From Eledone cirrhosa (Eukaryota): a stretch of DNA of 48,175 bases. The notes under the pieces are model-generated. The model was not told where the DNA came from. It ran no database searches and saw only the letters and a list, made by a program, of their open reading frames with translations. Numbering within the stretch: position 1 is the stretch's first letter; the number at the start of each line of letters is the position of its first letter. Where the stretch lies: positions 1 to 48,175 of the forward strand of contig CAXHJY010000691.1 in the NCBI GenBank assembly GCA_964016885.1. The letters are read 5' to 3'. The position numbers and the translations under genes were made by a program. Below, in pieces: positions 16,464 through 29,074 of this stretch.

Positions 16464-17472
16464 AAAAGCAGGTTTTGCTTTGTTTAAGATAGTTGCATGT
16501 ATTTGCTGCTGACCACTGAAATGTCAAGCAGACGACTCTAATCGTCCGTATCATTCCACAGATCTATAAATAGATGTGTTAAATACCAAATTGGATGAAA
16601 TGTCACCACACTTAACATTAAATAATAAGGAATATATTTCACGATTTAATCGAGTCGAAGTCAAATGGAAACTTTCATGTGAGACCAAAACTGTGTATGT
16701 GAAAGGATTGGAAATGATCTCGACATTCGATGTATTATTGATATAAACTACGCTATGTTGATCTAGTTGCTGTTGCTCCATCTCGGGTCAATTCAAAGGT
16801 CTATAACTACAGGCGTTCCCGTCTTCTATTACGACATAGTGTGTCTAAAAAGAAGCCGATTTTTGGACTGAACCAAGGAAGCTATGTTTCCATTAGTATA
16901 TCCATTGCTGAAGCTATCTTCCAGTAGCAACTCCTAGCAGAAGTCACTGTTTGTTCGATATCAGGAGGTGATATTTGAAGACATACTTAGAAAGCACAGA
17001 GCCGAAACAGATACAAAAAAGCATCCTGTCAACCAATCTATCTGTCCGATACAGGTACGCTGTTTATGAACCCCGAAAGAGTGAATCACACAGTTGATCT
17101 CAACGGAATTTGAACACAGAGCGCAAAGAACCGGAAGAAATGCGGTTATAAACAAGCTCTTTTGTAACAAATATTGTGACCTTCTCATTGACTATGTGCT
17201 TCCTCTTCGTTTGGATTTTGTTTTATTTACTCCATCTTGCTTTATATATGTAAGTTAAGACAACTTGAGGCTAGAAAAGCGAAACTGACGGGATCTGAAA
17301 CATGCCCTTATTGCTTGCTATGAGACCATATTCAGAAACACACTATACAATGCCTGACAAACCTTTTGTGCCCAGTTGTGTACATGAGTATATTTTTTGT
17401 TCTAATATTTCATTTTAATTTAATTTTATTTTTTTTTAGATTTTAACTGCCATATTTATGTCTACAGATAAT

Positions 17473-17580
17473 TGTTTCTACTATTGGCACAAGGCCAGAA
17501 ATTAACCAGTACATTACTGGTACTTTATTTTATCGACCCCGTATGGATGAAAGGCAAAGTTAACCTCGGCGGGATTTGAA
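17473..17580 (-). mobile_element. 5'-truncated SINE, main family, 11-bp TSD
   Basis: CTACAGATAAT at 17462-72 and 17581-91 flanks the core and tail. Confidence 0.88.
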
Positions 17581-17727
17581 CTACAGATAATAATGGTTAG
17601 TTACATAGCATAGAAGTGCACGTTACAAGCTATATATATATATATAAAACATGAGAAGAAAGAAGAATACTGCGTGGTTGCACATAGGTTACATATGATA
17701 AAAAAAAGTCCTTCGTATAATCATAAT

Positions 17728-17894
17728 TGTTTCTACTTTAGGCACAAGGCCAGCAATTACCCAGTGCATTACTGGTACTTTATTTTATCGACCCCCGTAA
17801 GGATGAAAGGCAAAGTCAACCTCGGCGGGATTTGAACTCAGATCGTAAAGGGACGTAACTATGCTGGAAAGCATGGCGTCCGACCCTCTACCGA
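17728..17894 (-). mobile_element. SINE, main family, 12-bp TSD
   Basis: TATAATCATAAT at 17716-27 and 17895-906; nearly identical to 27145-27295. Confidence 0.9.
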
Positions 17895-18010
17895 TATAAT
17901 CATAATAATACGCCAATTGTATTTGTATGTTTGTATATATATATATATGGCTTCGGCCTGTCGGCTGGAACACATCATAGAGTAATAGAGAAATCCCCGT
18001 AACTCTATAA

Positions 18011-18015
<5 letters not shown>

Positions 18016-18054
<39 letters not shown>

Positions 18055-18212
18055 ACACCACACCACACCACGCCACGCCACGCCACGCCACGCCACGCCA
18101 CGCCACGCCACGCCACGCCACGCCACGCCACACCACGCCACGCCACACCACGCCACACCACACCACACCACACCACACCACACTACACTACACCCACACC
18201 CACACTCACACT
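18016..18212. repeat. (CA)n grading into (CACCA)n and (CACGC)n pentamer array
   Basis: Read directly from the sequence. Confidence 0.95.
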
Positions 18213-19140
18213 GTACTTCCTATATCTGTCATATTGCTCCAATAAGAAATTCGCTTTTTAATCACACGGTCCTACAGTTGTCTGTGTAAATAGTTACTTC
18301 TCCGAAGTTACTCATACATTTAATCCTGTATGTCAAATGCTGAACATTTATATAATTATATCCTAGAAATAAATTATCAAAAATATCATTTTTATTATCA
18401 AACACTTTCATCTGTCAGTAACCAACATAAATTATGAACTTTCTTTTATGCAAACCATAAATTTATCAAAACGCAAATTTCCAACTGGCTATGATTGTTC
18501 ATAAATCCAGTAAACCTAGTATACGTATATGGCTTGTCAATCCTGGACTCCAGAAATGAAATATTCAACGTTACTGCCGTCATCATTGCTGGCAATGATC
18601 CATAAGTTATTAAGTGGATACATTTTATATAGTAATATCCAACATAACAGGTTACCCCACCTTGATTCAATGTTTGTGATGAGAAATTACTCCATGAATC
18701 AAACTATGGAAGGATTAATTAATTACTAAGATAGAAACGTAAAATATTTGAGTCGGTAGCTCGGAGATCAGTGAGTCGCTCCAGGTAGGGCCGCTATTTC
18801 TCCGAATTGGGAGATCACAGTTCCGATTCTTTGCTTAACGAAATTTGGTAGCACCTTCATTCCGTGTATTAACATAAATAAATCACTATCATAAAACTCA
18901 TGGGTTCGAATTCTTTAATGTGCAGAGGCTTGTATTCTTGAGCAATATATTATATTTCACATCGTTACTTCTGCCAGATGTTACAACCGACAGATGGTAT
19001 CAGCAATAAAAAAAAACCAATAGAAACATTGTTTCCTTGGTCCGATCTGACGATCGGCTCTTTTCCTTTCCATTTGCGCGTGCGTGTGAATGTGTGTGCA
19101 TATGTATGTGCGTGTGTGTATATTTGTGTGTCTCTGTGTG

Positions 19141-19216
<76 letters not shown>

Positions 19217-19718
19217 GAACATCAGTTTCTCCTATATTTGTGTGTTGCGTATGTAGGTGTAAGCTATCTTAGTAAGTAACAAAGAGTCTACTGTTTGTCC
19301 ATACACACACACACACACATATATGTATCTATATATGTATATATATATATCTGTGTGTGCGAGTGTATGTGTATGTCTATGTATATATATGTATGGATTT
19401 ATATGTATATTTATACATAAATATATATATGTACATATCATACACACACCTACTTTTTATTATTATTATTGTCCTTCTGTAAGATATATATTTAGTAATA
19501 AACGGGACATTCCACAATGACGACTGTACGGTTTGGTATCAACAGACTGTCCTGAAATATCCGGCTTTAACTTATCTATTTGCATATTTATTTGTTTGTT
19601 GTTTATTATTTGTTTATTTACAACTGCTGGGGCTATTTGTGTGACACAACGCCACACACCACGCGCACTCACACATGCCTACGCAGAATACAACATGTAC
19701 ATATACTCTGTGTGTTTA

Positions 19719-19726
<8 letters not shown>

Positions 19727-19765
<39 letters not shown>

Positions 19766-19821
19766 TTACGTATACATACACACATATACATGCACAAACA
19801 CATACACACATATACATACAT

Positions 19822-19885
<64 letters not shown>

Positions 19886-20203
19886 GTATACATACATACA
19901 TGCACAAACACATACACACACATATATACATACATACATATATACAAACATATATATATATATATACATACACACATACATACATATATATATATACACA
20001 TACACACATACACACACATACACACACATATATATATATATATATATATGTGTATGTGTATGTATATATATATATATGTGTGAGACATTATATATATATA
20101 TATTTATATATATATATATACATGTACGTATACATACACATACATACATGCACAAACACATACACACATGCACAAACACATACACACACACACATATATA
20201 CAT

Positions 20204-20250
<47 letters not shown>

Positions 20251-20335
20251 CACGTATACATACATACATGCACAAACACATACACACATATATACATACA
20301 TATATACAAACATATATATATATATATATATACAT

Positions 20336-20366
<31 letters not shown>

Positions 20367-20450
20367 CACATACACACACATACACATACATATATATATG
20401 TGTGTATGTGTGTGTGTATGTATATATATATATATGTATGTGTGTGAGAC

Positions 20451-20493
<43 letters not shown>

Positions 20494-20535
20494 TTACGTA
20501 TACATACACATACATACATGCACAAACACATAAAT

Positions 20536-20590
<55 letters not shown>

Positions 20591-21003
20591 TATATATATA
20601 TATATATATATATACACGTATACATACATACATGTACAAACACACATATATACATACATATATACAAACACATATATATATACACACACACATACATATA
20701 TATATACACATACACACACATACACACATATATATATGTGTATGTGTGTGTGTGTATGTATATATATATATATGTGTGTGTGTGTGAGACATTATATATA
20801 TATATATTTATATATATATATATATACATTTACGTATACATACACATACATACATGCACAAACACATACACACACACATATATACATACATACACACACA
20901 CACATATATATATATATATACACGTATACATACATACATGCACAAACACATACACACACATATATACATACATACATATATACAAACACATATATATATA
21001 CAT

Positions 21004-21034
<31 letters not shown>

Positions 21035-21072
21035 CACATACACACACATATCTATATGTGTATGTGTGTGTG

Positions 21073-21126
<54 letters not shown>

Positions 21127-21180
21127 AGTGTGTGTGTGTGTATGTGTGCATGTGTGTATATATATATATATATATAATCT
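19727..21180. repeat. Higher-order tandem repeat (~340-370-bp unit, ~4 copies) built from microsatellite sequence
   Basis: Marker CAT(T/G)TACGTATACATACACA at 19763, 20121, 20491 and 20827; GTGTGAGACATT near 20078, 20442 and 20782. Confidence 0.85.
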
Positions 21181-21514
21181 CTGTAAATTAAAAGCCATTC
21201 AAGTCATCCAATCATAATTTTTTTTTTTTTTTGTGAAGTAGAAGATTGAAGAAAACATCATCATCATGATGAGGATGATGATGATGGGGAGGAGGGGAAT
21301 ACTGATGCTGTTGCTTCTAAAATAAAAACAACAAGAATACTAATATGTGCAGTTTTTGTTGTTGTCGTTGTTGTCTATTTTAAGAATTTCAACACTTAAA
21401 AGAGTATATTGCACAGTCACCTTATGGAATGTGTCATGGAAGTAACCATCTCAGACAATAGAGATCACTTCAGAACTATCTATGTTATTAATCTTACTGA
21501 TGGTGCTGTTTCCG

Positions 21515-21710
21515 TTATGTGTGTGTTCGTGTGTATCTGTGTGTGTGCACATGTGTGTGTGTGTGTTTATGTGTGTATGTCTGTGTGTGTGTGTGTGTCT
21601 GTGTGTGACTGTGTGCACGTATGTGTATGTGTGCGTGGGTATGCGTCTGTGCGTGTGTATGTGCGCATGCGTGTGTGTATGTGTGCGTGTTTTTGTATGA
21701 GTGTGTGTGC
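21515..21710. repeat. Degenerate (GT)n microsatellite
   Basis: Read directly from the sequence. Confidence 0.9.
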
Positions 21711-21904
21711 TTGCTTAGATTTTTGTTTTGTTTTGTCTTCGTCTGTTTCAGACATTTCAATTCTAATCTGGACACGTACGCCTTAGGCTATTAACGACTA
21801 AAAGGAGATTTCAGTTCATACAGATGAACACAGTTTTTTCCCCTTCTCCCTACAAGTACATTAAAGTACTTAATAGAATATATCCTCTTCTATGAACACT
21901 ATTA

Positions 21905-22040
21905 GTACTACCACTATCATCACTACCACTACTACTACTGCCACCACCATCACCACTACCACAACCATCACTACAACCACTGCCAGTAACACCACCGCCA
22001 GCAGCAGCACCACCACCACCACTTATTACTACTACTTCTA
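21905..22040. repeat. (ACT/ACC)n trinucleotide repeat
   Basis: Read directly from the sequence. Confidence 0.9.
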
Positions 22041-22139
22041 ATCGTTGTTCGTCCTTTTTTTTTTTTCAAACGAAAGATGTATTAAAATAAAACAGTAAAT
22101 ATATTCCCATAATTGTATGTCTTGTCTAGAGAACTGTGT

Positions 22140-22380
22140 CATTGATATCGAAGACGTGGTCATTGTTATCGAGATGTATCGAAGGCGTGGTCATTGCTAT
22201 GGAAGACGTGGTCATTGCTATTGAGGTGTATTGAATACGTGGCCATTGCTATAGAGATGTATTGAAGACGTGACCATTGCTATCGAGGTTTATCGAAGAC
22301 ACGGCCATTGGTATCGAGATGTAATTGCTATCAAAGACATGGCCATTGCTATCGAGATGTATTGAAGACGTGGTCATTGC
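22140..22380. repeat. Minisatellite, 31-bp unit CATTGCTATCGAGATGTATTGAAGACGTGGY with 21-bp deletion variants
   Basis: About 8-9 diverged tandem units. Confidence 0.9.
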
Positions 22381-22595
22381 TTTTTGTTGCCAGCATAGCT
22401 AAATGGTACAGAAGTTAGCTTCACAATTATGAGATCTCTTGTTAATTTCACTACGTAAACCAGTGACGTTCTACAGTATTCTCGATGTGAACAATGTCTT
22501 GTTAAGGGTAAATGAAACTTGTGTGCAAGCCCTCCTACTACATATAAACTGTGGTGTGATACGCTATGTCAGACTAAGTCTCCAAAAGTATTACG

Positions 22596-22856
22596 TTAAC
22601 CCTTCCGTTACCATATGTCTAAATGAAAGACGTTATCTCTGATTTTCAAATAATTTTGAAAATAATTAAAAATCCAGATGGATTTAGTAAAATTACTTCT
22701 TACTCATTATTTAGCTGGTGTGTGGAGCATAACTTAAAGATTCTTACAAAAAATTATGATAGAAAGTTTTTAGATGAATATAGATACTTTAAAACAAACA
22801 GTTTTGCATCATAGAATCGGGGGCGCTTTCAAGCGGTTTGGTGTCAAAAACGTTAA
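22596..22856 (+). mobile_element. Possible degraded piggyBac-like MITE
   Basis: TTAA-CCCTTCCGTTACCA ... TGGTGTCAAAAACG-TTAA; the TIR match is only 8/14. Confidence 0.35.
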
Positions 22857-23289
22857 AAGTACAAGTGCATGTAGAGAACACAGGAACTATAATTCAATGA
22901 GTAAGTTGTTCCATTGTTCCAGTTATTGGAATACATATCATCGAAACTGACGAGAGACCTGTACACTTACTCGATAGTTTACCGGATTACATTTCTAACA
23001 AGCCCCAATTTTACTTCTTTCATCATTTGATAAATCCCCTTAAAATCCGGATTGTTTAAGGGGAGTAAAAATACTGGCAAAATTGTTATAGAACTTGTAA
23101 GGTGGCTTGTTTCCTGTCGTCAGCCAATAAGGGAATGATTTGGGGCAATTACGTATATAAATATATAATGTTTACAAATTGCTAAATTTTATTATTCACA
23201 AAGTTGGCTTTAAAACAATTGATGATTACATAACTATGAAAAAGAAAGATAAAGGCAAAATTAAGTAATGAGAAAATGGGGAAGGAGGA

Positions 23290-23430
23290 AAGAAGGGCAG
23301 ATCTGGCTGTATGGGAATATAGAGGAAAGAACTATAAATGCCATAAATGGGATGAGCCGCGCGAGGTGGGGTGGTTGTTGCAGCGGGTGTCGCTAGCCAT
23401 TGACCGCAGAAATATATTTGCAGTTTTGCC
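23290..23430 (+). pseudogene. Remnant of the C-terminal restriction-like endonuclease of a CRE-type non-LTR retrotransposon
   Basis: DEPREVGWLLQRVSLAIDRRNIFAVL resembles the GEPR...FL.QR.S.AIQRGNA..V end motif of CRE-clade elements (recalled, not searched). Confidence 0.55.
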
Positions 23431-23539
23431 AAGAGCCCATCACTCTCTCCCCCTTCTCGCTCCTTTTCTTCTGTGGCCCTAGAGTCCTTGCTTTTTCCTG
23501 CCTTTTCTCCTCATTTATTTTATGGCACGTATATATTTA

Positions 23540-23735
23540 TTTCTAATTTATACACAATGCCAGCATATGTGGGGGAAAGGGTAAAGTTAATTAAATGGAC
23601 CCCAGCATTTGATTGGTACTTTATTTTATCGATCTTTGAACGATGAAAGGCAAATATAAGTTCCACATGATTTGAACTCAGAATGTAGAAAGCTGGAATA
23701 AATACTGCAATGACGCTCTACCAATTTTGCCAACC
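23540..23735 (-). mobile_element. Degraded SINE, main family
   Basis: TGGTACTTTATTTTATCGA...GATGAAAGGCAAA...ATTTGAACTCAGAA. Confidence 0.75.
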
Positions 23736-23974
23736 CTCATATTTTAATGATACCCTTTTTTATCTACTATCCTATCAAAGTATAATTTATACAATTTATT
23801 CAGATGTCATATTGTATGGTCCTGTAACTCCTCATAGAGTCGGAAAGGAACTGTAGTGGCATTTTTAAGCCTTGCGGAGCCCATCTCCGCTCCAAAAGTC
23901 TGAACATAACGGATTTCTTCCGAAGAAGGATAGAAAGTGAGAGAGATAAAAGTAAGAAAGATATATAGTGGAAG

Positions 23975-24135
23975 AATCAAGCCCAGTACTAGATTGGTAC
24001 TTTTTTTATCGACCTCGAAAAGATGAAATACAAAGTTGACCTCGGCAGGATTTGAACTCAGACAGCAAACAGTTGTAACGAATACCGTAAAGTATTCTAT
24101 CCGACGTTCTAACGATTTTGTCAATTCATCACCCA
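23975..24135 (-). mobile_element. Degraded SINE, main family
   Basis: TGGTACTTTTTTTATCGACC...AAAGTTGACCTCGGCAGGATTTGAACTCAGA. Confidence 0.78.
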
Positions 24136-24837
24136 TCAGAAATCATATACCATGGATCATATTACTATCTAACATAGATAACTCACCAGTTGTTTTAAAA
24201 TTAGCTAATGACAATTGTAATGTGCTGTACATAGAAGACGTACGGCAAATTTTCAAAATTTATTTTAGGAAGAAATTTACCTCTCCAACTCCGGGAAATA
24301 TGGTAACGCATAGTAATTTTACAATAAAATGTGGTTATTATGAGACGCATGAAACAGTTTAAGTTATGGGTTTCACTACATTCATTGAAAAACATTAATT
24401 ACTTGGTTAATTGTATATTAGCTTGTATAATAATTGTGTTTTTCTAAATGATAATTACCGCATCTATAGGATTGTTGAGAGCTGTAATTATACTTTTGGA
24501 CTATTATCAGTCTGATATGAGGTATATAACTGATTTAAGGACTAAACATTGTAATTCTTACACTTCCTGTTTAGTGCAAGGCTATATTCTGTTTGAGGAT
24601 TTTGATATTTTATTGCAGTTATTAGAACTTGTTAGAATGGCTATTGTTGATTACACTAGGTTTTTCTTATCTACTTCCTGATTGAGGACATTTCAAGGAT
24701 AGAGAATTTAAATACAAACTTTAATAACATCGAAAATTTTCCCATGATAATATCGAAAAATTTCAGTGTGGAGAACTAACAACGTAGTGATCCCAAAATT
24801 ACGCAATGAAAGAAATACATTCATACATACATGATCG

Positions 24838-25090
24838 CACTCCGTCGTTTACGACGACGAGTGTTCCAATTGATCCGATCAACGGAACAGCTTGCTTGTG
24901 AAATTAACGTGCAAGTGGCTAGCATTCCACAGGCACGTGTACCTTAACGTAGTTCTCTGGGAGATTCAACGTGACACAGTGTATGACATGACTGACCCTT
25001 CGAATTACAGGTACAACTCATTTTTGCCAGTTAAGTGAACTGGAGCAACGTGAAAATAAAGTACCTTACTCAAGGACACAACGCGCCGCA
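24838..25090 (-). mobile_element. SINE of the third family, 5'-truncated
   Basis: Minus strand GTTGTGTCCTTGAGTAAGGTACTTTATTT (typical post-tRNA SINE core); homologous to 13910-14075 and ~13553-13650. Confidence 0.7.
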
Positions 25091-25139
25091 TACACACACA
25101 CGCACACGCACACACACACAATGGTAGAACCATCTTTCA

Positions 25140-26400
25140 AGTAGCTCGATTTCTCCCTAGCTCGTGTGATTTCAGATGGTTGACAAATCCAGTTCCGAAA
25201 GAAATCGGCCACAAACATTGCACTTCAATTCCTATTGGATTTTGCAGGCATTGCACTTGGGTCCCGTTTACGAAACAAACACTTCAAAACAGCATGGTCC
25301 ACTCGCTTTATTCTCAAAGATATCACATTCATACTCGATTATCATTCTCCATGATATACGACCTTCAGCCAGTCTGCCAGTTCTCCATACCAATCTTCAG
25401 AGCTTTAAGATTGTCTTTTATGACATCCCTAAACCGCTTCTTTGGTTTATGCTGTGGCCTTTTTTCTCGGGTCAGTTCCCTATGAAATAACTATTTAGGC
25501 AGCTTTCCACCTTTCATCCTGACCACATGACCAGCCCAAAGTATCTGGTTATAATAAACCTCCTCTCAATACTGGTTCTACCCGTTTTCTCAAGTACCGC
25601 AGCATCAGGTGTGAACAACTTGACGTCCAGGATGCGTCATATACAATGCTCTTCAAACCTTTCTAACTGTCTGGTGTGATGCCTGTAATTTGTCCACGTT
25701 TCGCATCCAAAGAGAAGGGCTGTAAGAACACAGGCTTCATAGACAGAGAGCTTCGTGCTTTTTGTGATGCCTCGGTCTGACCTGACTCGTTTCTCGAGCT
25801 TCCCAAAGGCAAGACTTGCTTTCGCAATTCTGTGATCTATTTCAGCATCGAGGGTACCATCTCTTCTAAGTGAACTTCTGAGATACACAAAGCTGTCCAC
25901 CACTTCAAGTCTTTTTTCTCTTACAAAAATGTCTGACTCTACATACACTTCCCCAGCTGGTGGAGTGTACACGACCGTTGTCTTTTTTCTACTAATATTT
26001 AGCCCAAACACAGTGTATGCATTTGAGAAGATGTTCAATATCAACTGCATGTCTTCTACAGTGTGTGCCACAAAATCTGCATCATCATTATACCGGAACT
26101 CCCTGACAAGAGTGCCAAAAGTTTTGGACTTGGTGTTAAACCGTCTTTGATTAAAGACTCTGCCAGAGGTTCTAATTCGTAAGTATACACCAATTTTGAA
26201 GTCTTGGAAAGCATATGTCAGCAGCACGGCGAAGTAGTTGAAAAACAAAGTGGGTACGGGTATTTCACCCTGCTTGACACAGTTTTCCACTGAAAGTGTC
26301 CCACTGAAGTCCCCTTTTGCTTTCATATTATGATGGAATTTTTTTAATATTCCAACAAATTCATGAGGGCATCCAAGTTTCCCGAATATGACTCACAATC
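25140..26400 (-). mobile_element. 5'-truncated RTE-clade LINE (RT C-half, C-terminal region, C2H2 knuckle), degraded
   Basis: ORF 25637-26326: VKQG..P.PTLF...GVYLRIRTSGRVFN.RRF...YNDD...FGLNISRKKT...FVYL.S.L...EIDHRIAKAS.AFGKL...TKLSVY..CVLTALLFGCETW. Downstream broken frames give WAGHVVRM...LPK and KCNVCGR...NHLKSH. Confidence 0.92.
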
Positions 26401-27144
26401 TTCTAATTCAAGGTAGTTGTCTTATTAATGCTTTCCGAGAATGTGTTTGACAATTAGATCAAACGATGGGCATGCATAGAACTTAGTATTGTGCATTGTA
26501 TCTATGAAACATGAATCTTGTTTTTAATTCTTGATTTAAGTTTTCCCGTGCTTGATCCAGTGAATTTACTGCATAAGTACCCAAAGCAGAAACTTTCTTT
26601 GTTCAATATCTCTACAAAACTTCTTCACCAGACCAAGCTTGATATATAAAGGTCACACAGTGTTTTTGTTTATGTTTTGTTTCTTGTTTCAACCACAGTT
26701 TAGATGTTAACGTTTTTTTTTGTTTTGTTTTTTCGCTAACAATTAATTATTTTCTGAAAGGTTAGTCTTTTCTCAATTGCTGATCCTCTTTGGCTTTGCT
26801 CTACAAAAGAAATAGACATTTTGTGTAGCTACTTTGGTAACCAAGAAGAAAGTTCATCTTTAAGGTTTATACAAATCACCTGCTGGTGACCTTAGTACAT
26901 TATCTCCCCAAATACTTGAGTGATTGTTGCATATCCCCCTTTCATATTTGAAAAGTCATTAATTGAAATTGAGCCATATTTGTTGCTGTTGCTTAGAACT
27001 AGTAATAAAAGTTAACATACATTTGGCATGTATTTTAATTCACCCATGTTCACCAGAAAGCATCTGGAATCAATGCACAATGTTAAGGGACATCTACATG
27101 GTTGTTTAGCCTGTTAAAATTGCAAGGAACTCTTCTTCAAATAA

Positions 27145-27295
27145 TTGTTTCTACTTTAGGCACAAGGCCAGCAATTACTGGTACTTTATTTTATCGACCC
27201 CGTAAGGATGAAAGGCAAAGTCAACCTCGGCGGGATTTGAACTCAGATCGTAAAGGGACGTAACTATGCTGGAAAGCATGGCGTCCGACCCTCTA
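27145..27295 (-). mobile_element. SINE, main family, 11-bp TSD
   Basis: TCTTCAAATAA at 27134-44 and 27296-306. Confidence 0.9.
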
Positions 27296-28706
27296 TCTTC
27301 AAATAAAACCCCACCATCATAAAGAAAGGGGACACATTAGAATATAGTCATAGATACCCCTACAAAGACGGTATAATCACAACTGAAATTACTTTGATCA
27401 TAGTTTGCTTGATCATGGTTTATCTGGAGCCAAACAAGAGAAAAGCAATAACAGCAGCAACATAGAGCAGTAAATCTATTTTCCTGCTACGGTGATAAAT
27501 AGATTAAATTAAATTTATTATGTCTGTGCAAGATCGCAAATAATTACATGATTTAAGTATAAAAATACTAATTTATAGATATAAAATCCTGCCTAACGTA
27601 TTCTTCTAATATGTATTTCACTATTAGTGACTGTTAATACGAAACATTAAACTACGTTGCATGTGGAACTATTTTTAGTACCTTTATAAGAAAACATTTA
27701 ACCGAAATTTGTCTTTCATTATAATTCATGTTCAAAAATTTGTCTTAATTAAATTCCATCAATTTATAAATCACAAACAATAAATAGACAGTTACAAATA
27801 AATACAAATAAACAACAAATGACTACTTTAAATTCAATTTCTTAATTGCTTTTAGATAAACTTTGTCAGCACTACTAAAATATCAAGAAAAAAATACAAA
27901 ACGAAACAAACATGGTAACCAAAATGGCGCAAAATTCAAATTTACATATATAACTATTTTTTTATGAAATATCTTTACTGAAATAAGAAATAGCATTCAT
28001 CAAAATGCAAATTAAATTATGTTTACAATATAACAGCTAAATATGCAATGTTTTATGTGTTGAATCAGTTTATAAAGACCAACTTATACCACGATAAGTC
28101 GCATAGCATCCACTCAGAATGATAGACTAGGGTCCCTAACATCAGCACACTAAGGGATATATCAGCATATAAAAAAGTATACTGTATTTCAAAAGCTAGA
28201 GCTGGTAGAGGGGAAATTGGTGGTATATTTGAAATTAGTGTCACAAATCTACCCAAGGATATATATAATTTTGAAAGCGCTAGAATAATTTTCTCTGTGT
28301 GATCATTAATAGAGATCTGCTTTCGCACACATAAGCACAGTAGCTATATATAACCAGTACAAACAAAGAAGAAAATGCTTAGTATTTAGAATGCATATAT
28401 TTAAGTGGATACATTTTAACATATACTTACTATTCTGAATCGCTGTTAGCCAGAAACCCGGAATAGTAAGTACGTTACATTCTCAACTGATGTTCTGTAA
28501 ATTATATTAAATTAAGATGTATTCTTTGTTAGAAGCTTGAATTATTGTGAGATCAGGATAACGTTTCTCCTCACCCCAATTCAGCAATGGGGTCTTGTTA
28601 TATAATTAATATACATTAGTTATTTAGTAAAACAATATTTTTATAGCACTTGATTGTTGAATTAGCAATATTTATTTCAAGTCCAGCAGTCATTATTTCT
28701 ATCCTT

Positions 28707-28894
28707 GGCAGTGGATTGGCAGTATCGGTAGAGGGTCGGACGCCATGCTTTGACGCATAGAGTTATTTCCCTTGCCATTCTGAGTTCAAATCCCGCCGAG
28801 GTTAACTTTGCCTTTCATCCTTACGGGGTCGATAAAATAAAGTACCAGTAATACACTGGGTAATTGCTGGCCTTGTGCTAAAAGTAGAAACAAA
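28707..28894 (+). mobile_element. Full-length SINE, main family, 13-bp TSD
   Basis: TATTTCTATCCTT at 28694-706 and 28895-907; very similar to 14973-15159. Confidence 0.92.
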
Positions 28895-29031
28895 TATTTC
28901 TATCCTTGGCGGAATGCTCTTGAAGAAGCTTAGAATGTAAAGAATAGGGAGGAAATTTATGAAATGGATAAAATACTTTGCGATCGAAAAACAAATTTAT
29001 GAACGTGAAGGAATGCATCACACCAAGAACC

Positions 29032-29074
29032 ATTGTTAACAGCTGCATTCCACCAACTGGTGTCATCAGATAAT
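29032..29074 (-). ncRNA. Degenerate hammerhead-like motif (A15.1>U)
   Basis: Minus strand: ATTAT-CTGATGA-CACC agtt GGTG-GAAT-GCAGCTGT-TA-ACAAT; stem I pairs at 4 of 5 positions. Confidence 0.35.

Noticed and set aside
22140-22380. CRISPR-like array
   Set aside because: No unique spacers, eukaryotic context, no cas genes.
22948-22990. Hammerhead candidate CTGACGA-GAG...CTC-GATA
   Set aside because: GAAA is mutated and there is no convincing stem I or III.
23807-23950. Possible minus-strand exon after a pyrimidine tract
   Set aside because: No recognisable peptide in any frame and no clear donor; the tracked ORF starts in a SINE.
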